DNA of 64,000 bases, taken from Mobula hypostoma (lineage: Eukaryota). A model generated the notes under the pieces. It saw only the letters and a list, made by a program, of their open reading frames with translations, was not told the DNA's origin and searched no databases. The stretch spans positions 136,898,001 through 136,962,000 of the forward strand of contig NC_086097.1 of assembly GCF_963921235.1 (NCBI RefSeq), in the 5' to 3' direction. This document shows, one piece after another, positions 40,101 to 55,100 of this stretch. A program made the position numbers and the translations under genes. Numbering within the stretch: position 1 is the stretch's first letter; each line of letters opens with the position of its first letter.

Positions 40101-43100
40101 TTCATCATAGTGAACGTAAGTGCTACCAGACGACAGTTACTGAGGTAGGTTACCATGTTCTTTGGTACTGCTATAACTGAAGCCTGGTTGAAGCAGGTGG
40201 GTACCTCAGACTACTGAAATGAGAGGCTAAAGATATTGGTGAAAACTCCAGCCAGTTGATCAAGACAAGTCTTTAATACTCGGCCAGGTAGCCTGTCTGG
40301 ATCAAGTTATTTCCATGGGTTCATCCTCCTGAAGGATGCTCTCATGTCGGTGAGTCTCAGAGACTGATACCAGAGGGTTATCAGGGGCTGTGAGAGTTCA
40401 TGAAGGTTCCCCATATTCTGATGGCAAAAGCGAGCATAGAAGGCATCGAGCTCATCAGGAAGCAAAGCCCTGTTGTCACTTATGCTGCCAGATTTCACTT
40501 CGTAAGAGGTGATAGCATTCAAGCCCTACCACAACTGTCGAGCGTCCTTCAGTGACTCAAATTTAGCCTGAAATTGTCACTTTGCCCGTGGGATGGCTTT
40601 CCAGAGCTCATTCCTAGACCTCTTGTATCGTACTTGGTCATCTGACCTAAATGCCACTGATCTGGCCCTCAGCAGATTGCAGATCTCATGGTTCATCCAT
40701 GGCTTCTGGCTGGGAAAGAATCTGAATGATTTTCGTTGGTACACACACCTCTACGACTGTTTCATAAAGTCTGTGACAACCATGGTATATGTGTTCAGAT
40801 CCTCATGGCCCAGTCCACTGACTTGAAGCAATCCATTAGCCTCTCCTCTGCCTCCCATGACCACCTCTTTGTTGTCCTAATCTTTGGAGCTTTGATCTTT
40901 AGCCTCTCCCTGTATGCAGGCAGGACAGGCAAGTGATCAGATTTTCCAAAATGCATTCTGGGCATGGAACAGTAAGCACTCTTTACCTTAGTATGACAGT
41001 GGCCTAGTGTGCTGGGACCTCTGATGCTATGGGTTAAATGTAGATGGTAATTGGGCAGAGATTCCGTCAAATGAGCCTAATTGAAATGCACCGGGGTGGA
41101 GTGCAGTGCCTAGAGACTGGAGAGACCTCACTATGGGAAGTGAAACCGGGTGGATGACTGGGAGTACTTCTGAATAATAACAAACATGGGTGAGAGGTTC
41201 GGTAGCAGAGGAGTTCAGGGGTGAATTTTATTTGAATTTCTCACCGCTACCATTGTATTACTAACACTGTCAACTTAACCCCTTTGTTTCCGCCACTGTT
41301 CTACCAGTATGGCTCTGGGTGAGCTGTGGCTGCAGAATCCCACAGCATTACAGAGCAGGCAATGGGCAGTTTTAGTGGTGAAGGGTTTAAAGGAGATGTA
41401 TGGGGCATGTGATCTTCACATAGACTGGCAAGTGCTGGGAATGGGCTTCCAGAGGACTGGTAATACCCTTGGAATAATGGCGAGGATTAAAATGTTGTTA
41501 GACACATAAATATGCAGAGAATGGAGAGATATGAATCATGTACAGGCAGAAGGGATTTACTTTAATTTAGCATTATGGTGGGTACAGACACTAAGGGATG
41601 ATGGGCCTGACCCTGTGCTGTACTGTTCTATGAGTCAGGCATGAGCCTGGTGGAGAGAACAGCAAGGCTACCACGACAGTGTTTCAGTTTCAGACAGTTG
41701 TCATGAAGAGGGATGGAGTTCCTATTTGTAACTGAAGGTTACAATATTCATCCACAAATATTTAACCTGCATGCTCATGCAACTGCCAAAGCTTCCCTTA
41801 CTGTGGTATAGGAGTGAGCCGGGATTTGAGCCTAGTTTGTAGCATTAAGTAAATGGTCAACTTCTGCTCCTTGTATGACACAAAATGATTTCTACACTGC
41901 TGTTTGGACCGGGCATCTCCCCAGAACTTTCTATGGTCAATAACACCCTATTAAAGTACGGTGACTGTTGTAATACAGTAGTCAAATTGTGCATAGAAAG
42001 ATCCCACAAAACAACACTGGATTATCTGTTAAGTCTCATACTGCAAGTTTGACTGGAAGCATTGACAGTTCCTTTCCACCTACAGATGCCACCTAACCTG
42101 CTGAGTTCTACCTCAGGTTTGCTGGCCTATATTTAACCCTTTCCATCTTAAAAATAATGGCCTAAGGATTTTTTTTTTTTACAGCCACCTGGAAGGGCAG
42201 GCATGCCTCAACCTTATAGCATGTCTGAACGGCAACCTCTCCAACAGTGCAGCTGTCCCTCGGTATGTCAACCTGGACCTTACGGTCAACACCTTAAAGT
42301 GGGACCTGAAGATTTTTCACAAAGTCTGCCGATTAATTTGAGAAGCATCAGCCCGAGCTGGAATCACCAACACAGATACAAGAAGGACTTTACCTGGTGC
42401 TCCGGGAGGTCCTCTCAGGCCCTGCTTACCGACGCCTGGAGATCCCCGATCTCCCTTTTCACCTGTCAGACCTAGGAAAAATGAGACTTCAGTGACTCCG
42501 CCAAACGTATGACATGAGCTAGTGCTTACTTTGAGAGCAGTACCATACACATCATCATGTCAACCAAATGACAGCCTTTGTGTCAACCAGACATCTTCAT
42601 GGTACCAGTTTCCAAAGGCTAGAAAATGGGGAGAGATTAATGAACCACACCAGTATCAGCAGTTAAATGAGGTTTTTAAAACTTTGGAAGAAATCAGCAT
42701 GGTGAATTTAAAGAAATTTATTTCACCGGGGTCAAATGTGGGACAAAGGGACGTGATCAGTCCCTGGGAGGAGGGAAGCAGAGGGGAGTGGGAGTCCAAC
42801 AAAAAGCAGTGGATGCTGACAATTGATTTATACTAATATTAAGGAAGCTTTCCTAGTTAAGGCCACAGAGAGGTGGCTGGGTGCTGTCAGGATACAAATC
42901 AGGCAACTAGATAAATCTTCAAGTTCAATGGCCAAGTGATGTTCAGGGGGGTGTAAAGAACAGAGGCGAGGAGAGTTTTGCTTCAATTCTGAACTAAGCT
43001 TTTACTTTTGTTTATCCTGTGAGGAAACTTTTTCTTTCAGCTCTTCTAGCTAATGAAATATCAAATCAACCCAGGTAACTCATCCCTTCCCCAGGTGGAA

Positions 43101-46100
43101 GAAAAGGGATAATGACTGGTGTTGCAAACCTGCTGTTGTTCGCTGCTTGAAATTTCCAACAGCTATTTATATTGTGACATTCTTCTGAATGCTTGTGTGG
43201 CCTGAAATATTAACTCTGTTTCTCCCCCTTAGATGCTGCATGGCCTGCCGAGTGATATTGGAATTCTTTCAGGCTTTTAGGATTTGAATGACTGCAACAT
43301 GCACCTTTATTATCCTCAGCAGGATGATGCTCCTTATCTGTTGCTCTGTCATAGGTGTGCATCTATATTTTGGCATGATTCTAAGGCACTCCTCTCCCCT
43401 CTCATTAAGTGTAGTCTGTATTGGACAGCGTCCTGCTTCAGCCAGCTAGATTCATGTGAGAACAGGGAGAACGTATTGCCCTTTGAGGTGCAGAACAGAT
43501 TCACCAGGAAGGAAAGGGTTAAAAATACAGACAGGCTATGCAAATGATCCGAGAGAGATGTTTAAGATGATCCACAGATGTTTTCCCTAGTGCAGAGAGT
43601 CCAGATCAAGGGCCAGAAGATCAGAGCAGGTTGTTTGGAGCTGATGTCGGGAAGCTTCTCCTCACACAGGAGGGTGGGGCAAAGCTGGGATTCTTGACTT
43701 TTCAGGCTGGAGGTCAAGGGGAATATTTCACTCTGAGAGTGATGGATCTTTGTCATGCAGAGTGTATTAAAGGTTGTGGAACCAAAGAGATAAAGTTGAG
43801 GTACATGTGAGCCTTGATCTCATTGAATGATGGATCACAACTTAAGGAGTTAAATAGCCCCCGGCTCCACTAAACCTTTTGAATGTCCCTCATATTACAG
43901 CTTGCCTTTGTGCTCCCCATCTGGATATTTAATATGCAAGTTCTAATATCTGTTCTGACAGCTACCTTGTTAGTGAGAATACTACATGGGTTGCTGCATT
44001 GGTGAATTTTAATGACAAATATTTTATTTCTTGTTTCCAAAGCTGTCTTCACTGTCTGTTTTTCCTTCTGTTAACTGCAACCTGTTTCTTTCTTGGCAGA
44101 GAAATTCTCCTGACAGGAGAGCAGGTTAAGGGCAGGTTTAACAGACGTGTTCAAAATTATGAAATGTTTTCAGTAAATTTTTTTAAAAATGCTCCCAATG
44201 GCAAGAGTGTCAGTGACCAGAGGACATTAATTTAAAACGGTCCACGGGAGAAACAGATGAGGAGAAATATTTCAGAATGCACAGCCTGAATGGGTGGCAG
44301 AAGTAAGTTCTATAAGCACTTCCTGAAGGAAATTGGGTTACCACTTGAAAAGGGAACATATTAGTATTAGTTTATCATTGTCATAGTTACCAAGATACAG
44401 TGGAAAAACTTGCTTTTGAATACGATCCATAAAGATAATTTCAAAACAAGGTAGAGAAAGTGCAGTGTAGGTAGACAAGGACCACAACAAGGTAGACTAT
44501 GAAGTCAAGAGCTCAGTATTTTCATACAAGATGTCATTCAAGAGTGTGTTAGCAGTGGCATAGAAGCTGTCATTGAGCCTTAAGGGAAAAGTTAGGGAGC
44601 ATTTTCAAAGGCCTAGCACCGGCACGGCGGGCTGGAGGAGCTCCAATCATTTATATTGTTACCTCTTTCCCCTGGTCGGCCTGGTATTCCTGATGTGCCG
44701 GGGAATCCTGGTCGACCTTGAGGACCTGGTTCTCCTGGTGGGCCTGCAGGCCCCTCGCGGCCTGGTTCTCCTGGGGGCCCTGGCGCTGCCCTCACTTGGA
44801 CAGAGTTGCTGGGGACATGGTTGAGAATGGAGTTGTATCGTGATAAGTGACCTAAGGAGAGAGAGTACCCAGACATTAACACCCATTCCATGGGTACCTG
44901 CTCAGAGCTTGCCGTGGCCCCAAGAACAAAGCAACATCTTTGCAGGAATGATTCCAGCACTATTGAAATAGATGTCTTCTAACCTCTGAACCATCTGTAG
45001 ACGTGACCATACAGAATTTCACAAAGCGTATGGCATTTTAGTCCTTCTACCTCACACGAGTTTCCTATGAGCAGGACCTTTGATCTCATTTCCCTTCAAG
45101 TGTTTATTAAACTTCCTCTTAACAACAGCTGCACAAGTGTAAACCTTTTCAATTCTATCCCACTAGACACGGACACACTGCTTTGTTTGCTCTTTTACAG
45201 ATCGACTCATAACAAGAGTTGGCGATTTGTTTCTAATACAGGAAATGCAGCAGTCAGTTGAAGAACAGCTGCCTCTTACAAACATCAGTGAGGCACTGAC
45301 CAGATGATCTGTTCTGGTCTCGTTTGATGAGGGATGAATATTGACTTCGGACATTAGAGAGAACACCAATCTTTTCCAGATAATAAAAACACCACAGGAT
45401 CTTTTACGTCCCTGGCGGACCTGAAAGTCAGCACTGTACCGGAATGTGTGCGCTGATTTTGTGTCCCCGTCTCAAAAGTGGAACTTCAAGCCAGAACCAC
45501 CTTGTTCTGAGGTGGAAAGCCGAACATTCTGACATTAAGATGCATCGTAGCGCTGTGGTACAGCCAGCTGAGGTATTGACTTGTCCACCTCAAATGTCTT
45601 TTCAAACAATTTGAAAGAAATAAAGAAAATGCTGAAGTGTGACAATCACAAAGGCCTCTGGTGCCATAGTAAGGCACAACACAGAAACAGACCCTTTGGC
45701 CCACAATGTCCACGTCAACCATCAATCACTCACTTACACTAATGCTACATCAATCCCATTTTTTTTATTCTCCACACCTTCTAAACAACTTTCCCATAGA
45801 GTATATCACTTACCTACATGTGGGGCAATTTACAGTGGCCAATAAACACACAACTTGTGCATCTTTGGGATGTGGGGGGTGGGGGAACCCACAGAGAGAA
45901 GGTGCAAACTCCACGCAGACGACACAAGAGGTCAGGATTGTACCTGGGTCATCTGACGCAGAGTGACAGCAGCTCTATCCACTCTGCCAGCCCAAGCCAC
46001 TTCCATCAAATCCCCCGCAGGTCCTGTACAGAACTACTCACTCTGGATAAGCTGCTCACACACTTGCTGGGCAATGACACGAACCATTCCCTGTGACTGG

Positions 46101-49100
46101 GCATCTCCCTGAAACAGTATCAACAGTAAAAAGGGTTTAGGCAGAGTCTAAAAAAACTCTGACAGTTTTAAGAATAATGCAATGGCTACAACAGAAGGCT
46201 GTGAGATTAGTTTGGAGAGATAGCACTATCTGTTAGAACACAGGTTTAATACAGTTTCTGCTTCAGCAATGATTGCCCAGGGAAGTCATCATTCAGTTTG
46301 ATCTGACATTGTTTGTACTATCATGTATTTCATCCATTTCTGTTGACTATGCAGAACTATAATCTATGGTTACAACTGTACCATATTTCAGAAAGCTAAC
46401 ATTCATGTGTAATTTCTCCCATTAGATCCATATAGGTGGAAATGCCCAAGAACACTTATTCCTTCTGTTTCCATGGAAATAAAGGCAGGCCATTCAACCC
46501 TTCAAGTTAGTTCTACAGATTGACCTATACTAACTCCCATCCCTCGATCCCCTTAATATCTGGAAATCTCTCCATTACTGTTTTTATTGAGTTCTGCATT
46601 TAAGCTTCCATGGATCTATGGGATGGAGAATTCCTAAGGTTTTCAACCTCTGCATGAAGGAATTTCTCCTCAACTCAGTCTTAAACTTTCCATACCCCTT
46701 GGTTTTAGACTCATCTCCCTGCTGCCACCATATCAAATGCTGGAGAATGAGGCAAAATTCAATTAGATCTCCCATCCTTCTAAATGCAACACAGGTATAT
46801 TCTAATCAATCTGTCCCCTCACATGGTAAACTGACTATCTGGGAAGTAGTCTAGCGAATCGTTACTGCATTCTCCCTCTATCGCACCTATATCCTTTTGT
46901 AGGTAAGGAGACCAAAATTGCCCATGTACTCCAGGTGCAACCCCAACAAGGCCCTGTAAGACTTCTCATAATAGAGGCCAATATACCTTTAACCTTCCTA
47001 ATCCTTTTGTGCATCTTCACTTTGACGTTCAGTGACTTTTATATAAAATCAACTAGGTCCCTTGGAATATGAACATTAGCCAATCTGTCACTATTCAAAA
47101 ATATTCTGCTTTTCTTTTTGTGTATTGGCATGGATAGTTTCACCTTTATCTACTAGCGCTCAGTCGCCGAACTATCTGATAACCCACTGGTCACAACCTG
47201 TCAACCCAAGAAAAAGTAATATTTTTCCCATGTTTTATGCCCTATCACCAATACTCAACCCATGTTTGTAATTTATCCCCATCCTAATCTGTTCTAAACT
47301 TGTTGATCATCCTTCTATACAGGGCCTTGAGGAATATCTTCTGGAAGTCCAACTGCATCACATCCCCTTTACCTGTTCAAAGAGTGACATCCTCTAAAGC
47401 TCCAAACATGACTTTCCTTTCTTAAATCCACATGGACTCTGCTCAATCCCATCATTCTTTTCAAGACGTTCTGTTATTACATATTTCGTTAACTCCAATG
47501 CTTTTCCTTTTATTGGCATTAGTCTACAACATCAGTACTTCCCAATTCATTTCCTCCCATCTCCCTTCCCCCACCCACCTGGATTCACCTATTTCCGGCC
47601 TACTTGCGCTCCTGCCTTTCTCCCTCCCTTTCATTCTGGCTTCTGTCCCTTTCCAGTCCTGACGAAGGGTCTCAGCCCAACATGTCCACTGTTCGTCTCC
47701 CTCCATAGATGCTACTAAACCCACAGAGTTTCTCTGGAACTTTGTGTCTGTTGCTCAGTACTTCCCAATTTTTAATCTCTGTTTTAACTGTTATTCTTAA
47801 CACCTAAAGAATAATTCATGAATTTTATGGAAGGCAATACCCAAGTCGTTCACTATATCTAATTACTCTTACAAAGTTTTGGGATGCAAGTCTTCAAGTC
47901 CTTGGCATTTATTGGATCATAGTCTCAGCAAACTCTCCACTTTTTCCACTTATTTCATTAAGACCATAAGACATAAGAGCAGAATTAGGCCATTCAGCCA
48001 AACAAGTCTTCTCTCCCATTCCACGATGGTTGAGCTATCATCTCGCTCAACCCCATTTTCCTACCTTCTCCCAGATACCTTTGACCCCATGACTAATCAA
48101 GAGCTTTCAGTTCCTTCAGGTTTTTTCAGCTGCTCATTGTCACTAAGCTCTTTGTTCTCTGGGTTTACTGACAGGTTTCTTAAATTGTTTAATTCTACTG
48201 CCACAGTCTTATTCCCATACTGCTGCGAGGAGCCCACGTTAACTTTCACTCATCATTTTCCTTTTACACACCTTTTAACAGCCCACTTTTAGATTTCTTA
48301 CCAGTTAACTCTCATATTCTAGCCAGCGTTTCTTTAACAATTGTTGGCCCTCATTCACCGAGCCTAAAATCCACCTAATCCTCAGGCCTCCTGTAATTTC
48401 TGGCAACTTTACAGTCCTCATCTTGGACTTAATACCATCTTTAATTCTCCTGGCAGTCATGAATGGACCGGTTCTCCTGCTGGAGTTTCTATGCCCTAAG
48501 AGATTGTATTTCTGCAAATTCTAGTCATGGGCTGTCCACTATACTTTCTAATCAATCACAGCCAGCTCTCCCTTCATAACTTCATGGTCTGTTTAGCTTT
48601 AGGACAGAGTTTCGCCACTTTCAAAAGGGATGCAAAATTCCGTTGCAATATGGTAACTTTTTCCTTTAGTGCCTTTACAACAAGAACATTAATTTCTCAT
48701 TGCACGAGGTCTTAACTAAACTCTACCCTCATTGGTTCCTCAGCGCATAATCCCCATTGGATGAAGTATAAAGTCATTAAGCCTACAAGAGAGTAAAATA
48801 ATTATAGCCTTGTGGACATGGTGCATTCAAACCATAATTTTAGAACATATTCTTTTTTTTACTATTTCCAATGCCTCTGGCAATTATTCAATGCATGTTC
48901 CTTGTATGCCTATTTCAATGAGCCCTGTAGAAGCCACAAACTGGGCAGGTACCAGTGTGTTTTACATTTGGTCAAAATCTCTTCGAAGGAAGACGAATTT
49001 GTCTGTGGCAGCCATCACCTAACACCCGAAGATAGTACCCGAATTCATCTCCTCATAGATAGCTTCACCATCTTAAAGACCAGAATATTTTAAAGTCAGT

Positions 49101-52100
49101 GCCACACTAGCAAATTCTCCACTCTATTGAATATTATTCCCATTAATACCCACATACCAGTTAAATTCACGTATTTTAGATGCTACACCATTTTATAATG
49201 TTACAATGAACCCAGTAAATTTTAAAGTGTGAGGGTCCTGGGAAACAGGGTCCCAGTGACTTTCGGAGAAGTGCAGGAGCCAGGGCCCTGGTGAATTTCA
49301 GAGGTAAACCATCTCTCTCTCTCTATCTCTAACACTATCTCTCTCTCTCTCTCTCTCTCATTCTTACTTTTATTCTAACTCCGAAGACTTTCTCTTTCTC
49401 TCTCTCTCTCACTCTCTTCTGCAGTCTCTCTCTGATGTAATGCGAGTACAGATGGCAGCCTAACTCTAATAAGGTTAACACTAGTGGTCAAAGACAATTT
49501 TCTCTCTCTAACCAGCTGCAGTTCTATAAAATCCTTTGGCCTCTCATCACTTCCCTTGTTCCAACTTCTTCCACACCCTCTACTTCCACCAGTGCCGGTC
49601 CTGCTTACCAATGTTTAGGCTCCGTACTCCAGATACTCAGCTTCTCCTATCCTCCTTCCTTCAGTATTACTTTTTGCCACAACATTTAATTGCCTTTACT
49701 GTCACACTCAACCTAAGTGCAATCTGAGAGGCACTTAGAAAGTTTTACTATGTTAGAAGTACTGAATAAATCAGATAGTTTTGTTGTAATATAGATTCCA
49801 TAGCTATAGTTATCTGTGGTTGTAGATGAACAGTGGGAGTACAATCCTATGTTCGTTTCTCCAATGAATTCACACAGGTGGAAATGCCAGGAGCAATTTT
49901 ACCCAGAGGGCATGACCTGCCTCTTCTCAGTGCTATTTTACAGAAGGAATGCCCTTTAAACACCCACAAGAGAAACAAAAGACACTAAAACTTCAACACT
50001 CTGGCCTACTCCCTGAAAGAGTTTCACAAAGGACATCCATTGTCATTTGCAGTACACCATTGTCCCAGTAAAAGTACTGTTTTGTCTTTAAATTCTAAAG
50101 TTATAATTTGAATGGATTGTGTCCACAAGACCACGAATGGTGATGCCACTCTGGCAAATTCTCCGGACGACTGGATGTAATTGCCATTAATACCCCAACA
50201 GTTTGAATTTAATTTTTCTTTAGACGTTACACCATGTTACAATAAATTTTCTAGTGAACCTAGCGAGTTTAAATGGCCTGCTGGAAACAGTCCCAATGAG
50301 TTTCGGGAAAGTGTGCTTTCCCAAAGAGGAAAGGGTGCTTGTGAGTTTCAAAAGAACACCATTTTTCTATCTATAAGATTCAGATTTATTTATTGTGCAT
50401 ATGGAAATGTACAGTAAAATGCGTCATTTGCATTAACAACCAATTCACCCAAGGATGTATTGAGGGCAGGCTGCAAGTGTTGCCATACATTCCAGCATGA
50501 CCACAAGTTCTCTCTATGAACACACACAAACGTGAGTCAAAGATGGCTGCAATAAGGGAACACACAAGAGGATTATGTACACCTAGCCTGGGCAACCTGC
50601 TTTTAACCTATTTGACTTGGTCAATGCAGTTTGGAATAGCCAGGATCTGATCACTGTAACCCAGGACCAATGAGATGTTCACTCCTGCATCTCCAGAGGT
50701 GCATTCTCTGTGACCAGTATGTTGAACAATCCCCAAGTACATCTTCTCCAACAACAAAGCTAAGAAAAGGCAGGAAGACCTCTATTCCTGGATTCTACAT
50801 GGAAGTTGGTATACTGCAGCAGGAAATCACCAGAAAAGTTTAGGAGCTGTTCAGAGAGCAAACAGCGCCTAGCCAGGAAGTTTGAAACAACTGGTTTCAT
50901 GTGGGAGTCCTGAAACCTGTACTCCCAGCAGTTCAGTAAAGAACTGCCATCAAAGACCACGCCAACAAGACAGCGATTTTTGTTTTAATTTATTAACTGC
51001 TAGTTTAATACACCATTCTACAGATTACCATGTAATCAAAATAAAACTGCCAAAGCAGGCGCTGAGGCTACTGCACAGTAAATCCCATGTAGTGAATTCT
51101 AACGTAACATTATTTAAAACTAATTTATCCAGACTTACCCTTGGGCCCCTTTCTCCTTTCAGACCAGGAGGACCCTGCAACAGAATTAAGAGTAGATTAA
51201 ACAGAAATATATGAAGTTTAGAGACAACAAGCACCTCGAGTCTACACCACAGAAACAGCCGTTCAGCCCAGCTTGTCTTTGCTGACTTCTTTCCTCCTCT
51301 CATCTCTCTCCTGCCCCTTCTCATTTCATCCTTTTTCTTGAACCAACCAGAACAACTCTAATCACTACCTCAAGTATAGTGACACCATTGCCACTTTGCA
51401 TGACAATGGTCTTTTATTCTTGTTCCAACTGTGTTCTTTCTCGTAGAATGTATGTTAGTGTTTTCATATAAATGTTGTGTCTCTAGTGCTGTGTTTGTAA
51501 TGTTGTAAGTTTTTCTTTGCACTTGTGTATACATGTATTTATGCACATGACAATAAACTCAGCTTTTACTTTTCCACAGAACTTGCTGTTCATTTCTTCC
51601 TGCCCTTTATTTTCACACATATTCTCTGTGGACTTTCACAAGGGAGATCCCTTGAGTTACATAAAATCACGAAGAACAGATTAGTAGAGCACACAATGTT
51701 GTGCCAACCTTTAACCTACTCCAAGATCAACCTAATTCTTCTCTCCCACATAGCCCTCCACTTTTCTTTCATCTCTGTGCCTATCTGAACAACTCAATGT
51801 ATCTCTAATGTATCTCCCTCTACCACCACCCCAGTAGCAAGTTCCCTGCACCTACTACTCTCTATATGGAAAACCAAACCTACCTCTGACATCCCCACTA
51901 TACTTCCCTCCAGTCACCTTAAAATTATGCACCCTCATGTTAAGTTAATTCTGCCCTGGGAAAAAAGAATGTGCAAAACAAGATAGTAATGCAGAGACAC
52001 AGTTAGAAACAAGTCCATGTTAATGCAAGAGGTGGTCTATAATTGTTGAGGAAGATTAGAGTGACTTCTACATTCATCTGTAAGAGGTAACGTCCAGTCA

Positions 52101-55100
52101 AGACACTGCAGTGTTTCACGTATTTCAGTCAGGCCACTTCTCATTTTCCTAGTTTTCCATTTACTCAATGTGTTCCTGCGTATTAACAGCTGGATTACAG
52201 GAACAGTGATGTATATCATGCAAGTCTGTTGAAATGTTCTAAAAAGAAAATCTAACCCACAATGGAATGTAGAGGATTTTGCAAAGATTTGGTGACTTCA
52301 ACAAATCCTGAATCATTGTAGCTCTGAGCCATAACATTAAGCACTTGCAACACATTCTAATGTTCCCTGCTTGGACTGATCATTCATAGCTAGCCCCAAA
52401 GCTCAGATTTTGAACTTCTTGGGGAGCAAGAATATCCTTGTAATCCATAGATCACCCTCACTGGTGTCAAAGGTACTGAAAAACCAGAACTAAGTCAACC
52501 CAAAGCTCTCTGACTCCAAGTAGAACACCAGTGAAGGGACAGCACAAGAGGTAGTGCTGCTGTCTCACAGCTCCAATCCTGACCTTGGGTGCTGTCAGTG
52601 TTTGCTTGATCTCCCTGTGACTGTGTGGGTTGACTCCAGGTGCTCCAATTTCCTCCCACATTCCAAAGTCGTGCTGCTTGGTTAACTGGCCACTGAAATT
52701 ATGGTAGTTTAGTTAAGTGTCAAAGTAATAAAAGGGGAGTCAATGGAAGATGAGAGAAAATACATAGTGAAAGTACAGGGAAATGAGATGGAGAATGGAG
52801 TGATGGGACTCTTTGGCTGGGTGCTAGCAGCATGTGATGGGCCAAATGCCCTCCGATGACATACTACGTAACTATTCAAGGAAAACAACGATGAAAGTTC
52901 CTAATCCTAATCATTGGTCCTGCAGCCACTAATTTGTGAAAACAGGGAGCCCATATTTTCCAAAGAGATAATGTCAAACTGTTCTGTGTTCCCGAATCAC
53001 TTGTTATCCCGACATAATTCATTGTCAGAAGCATGACTTTAGCTAAAGAGAGCAAATCCGTTACACACCAGCAATTACTGGGTTTCCTGATACACAATTC
53101 TTACAGATTTCAATCAGTAACTTTCCTCATTTTCCACACAACGGCTGTCATTGTTTAAAGTTCCCACTGAAGATCAGATCCATGTGACTTCACCCAACTT
53201 GTCCCCATAAGTAAAAGCAAGCATTTTCAGCAAATTTGTTCATGCCAGGGTCACATTCACCGACTCTTCTAAGAAACCTACAACTTTGTAAAGTCACTTT
53301 CTTTCTGTGGGATAGATCCTTTCTGTGGTTATAATGAATAGATAGTGTCTGCTGACTGACTGGAAAAGTTTGCTCTAAATTAGAATCTAACAGAGAAACA
53401 ACTTCAATCAAACTTTGGCTAGAACTATTGAGAGTGAGGAAGTTCCAGATATGTCACGTATATTGTAGAGTGTAATTAACTGAGGGAATGTTTATTTAGT
53501 TTGGCCTGTTCAGTGTTCAGACTCGTCAGAATTTGTAGGCTCGTTCATTGCCTTTTAATAATATAATAGAATCCTACAAATGGGTTTCTCATTCCTCATT
53601 GACACTGGTGCATCAATACTGAACTGAACTGTTAAAGCCACTGTATTACATTAAATACAGCTTTAGCAACAGGTGTCAACTGGAGAGCAGGGATACAGAA
53701 GTCATCCAATGCTACATTCAAACTTGTAACATATGGATGCTGGACTCCACTTTTGAAAGCAGGACCTACTGATTTAATGAATGGACATACATATTGGAAG
53801 CCTCCTGGTGCCAGCTTTGAGAAACATGGCTAAAGAAGAGGGAAAAGACCCTGTGGCCCTGAGGGAAGAAGAACTCCGTGCTGGAAATAAAGTGGCAAAT
53901 GGGACAATCGATCGCTCTTTCAGTTGTTCAAGATCAGATCAGTTGGGGCCAGGAATCCATTCCTGGAATACCAACTTTTCCTAGTGCCAATGGAAAAGTA
54001 GAGGGAGAAACTTCCAAGAAAATTCCACACTGGGGGATAGGGAGTGGAGGCACACATTTTCTGGCTCAGACTCCCGAGATCTGAAGATCAATGTCCAAGA
54101 GGCTTCTCATCAAAAATTACCGGGGCATCAGAATGAAATTGAGCACTTTCATCTTCCTGGAACGTTAGTGTTTCCCAGTTATAGAAGTTGTGATGGGTAA
54201 AGGGGCCAGGGATCATGAGGATGGACATAGCTATGGTGTGTGGTATGAGGCAACTAGAGATGGCAGGTCATGTCACAAATATGATCAACTCCCCTTCAAT
54301 TCCACCTAGAACTGTGGTCTTCAATAGACTTCATAGCTTTCTTTATAAATCTTTAGTTAGGCAGCACTTGAGAATATTGTGTACATTTCTGGTCACCCTA
54401 TTGTAGGATGAAAAAGGAGATTTTGAAAAAGCCACAGCAGAGGTTAGCCAGGATTTTGACCAGAAAATCCAAACAATGCACACAAAATGCTGGAGGAACT
54501 TAGCAGGCCAGGGGGCATCTACGGAAAAGAGTAAATAAAATGAGAAAGTCCTAGTGAGTCCTGATGAAGGGTCTCGGCCCAAAACATTGACATTTACTCT
54601 TTTCCATAGATGCTGCCCAACCTGCTGAGTCCCTCCAGCATTTTGTGTGTGTTAACTAGGATCTTGCCTGGATTAGAGGGCATGTGCAATAAGGGGAAGT
54701 TGGACAAATTTGGGTTGTCATCTCTGGAGTAGAAGAGGCTGAGGGGAGACCTGATGGAAGTTTAAAAAACTATGAGAGGCATAGATAAGATAGAAGATCA
54801 ACATTTTTTTTCTGGGTTAGAAATGTCAAACTCGAGGACATGCATTTAGGGTGAAATGTACTGCTCAAGTTTTTCTTTAAACAATAGGAGTGTTGGGTGC
54901 ATGGAATGGCTGCCATGGAAGGTGATGGAATATATGGTAGTGGCATTTAAGAGGCTGTTAGGGAGATGCATGAATATGGAGAAAATGGAGGCAGGATATG
55001 GTTCCTTTGCAGTCAGAAGAAATTTAGTTTAATTCAACGTTGTGCTTCGCACAAACATCGTGGGGCAAGAGGACTGTTCCCATGCAGAAATACTCAATAT

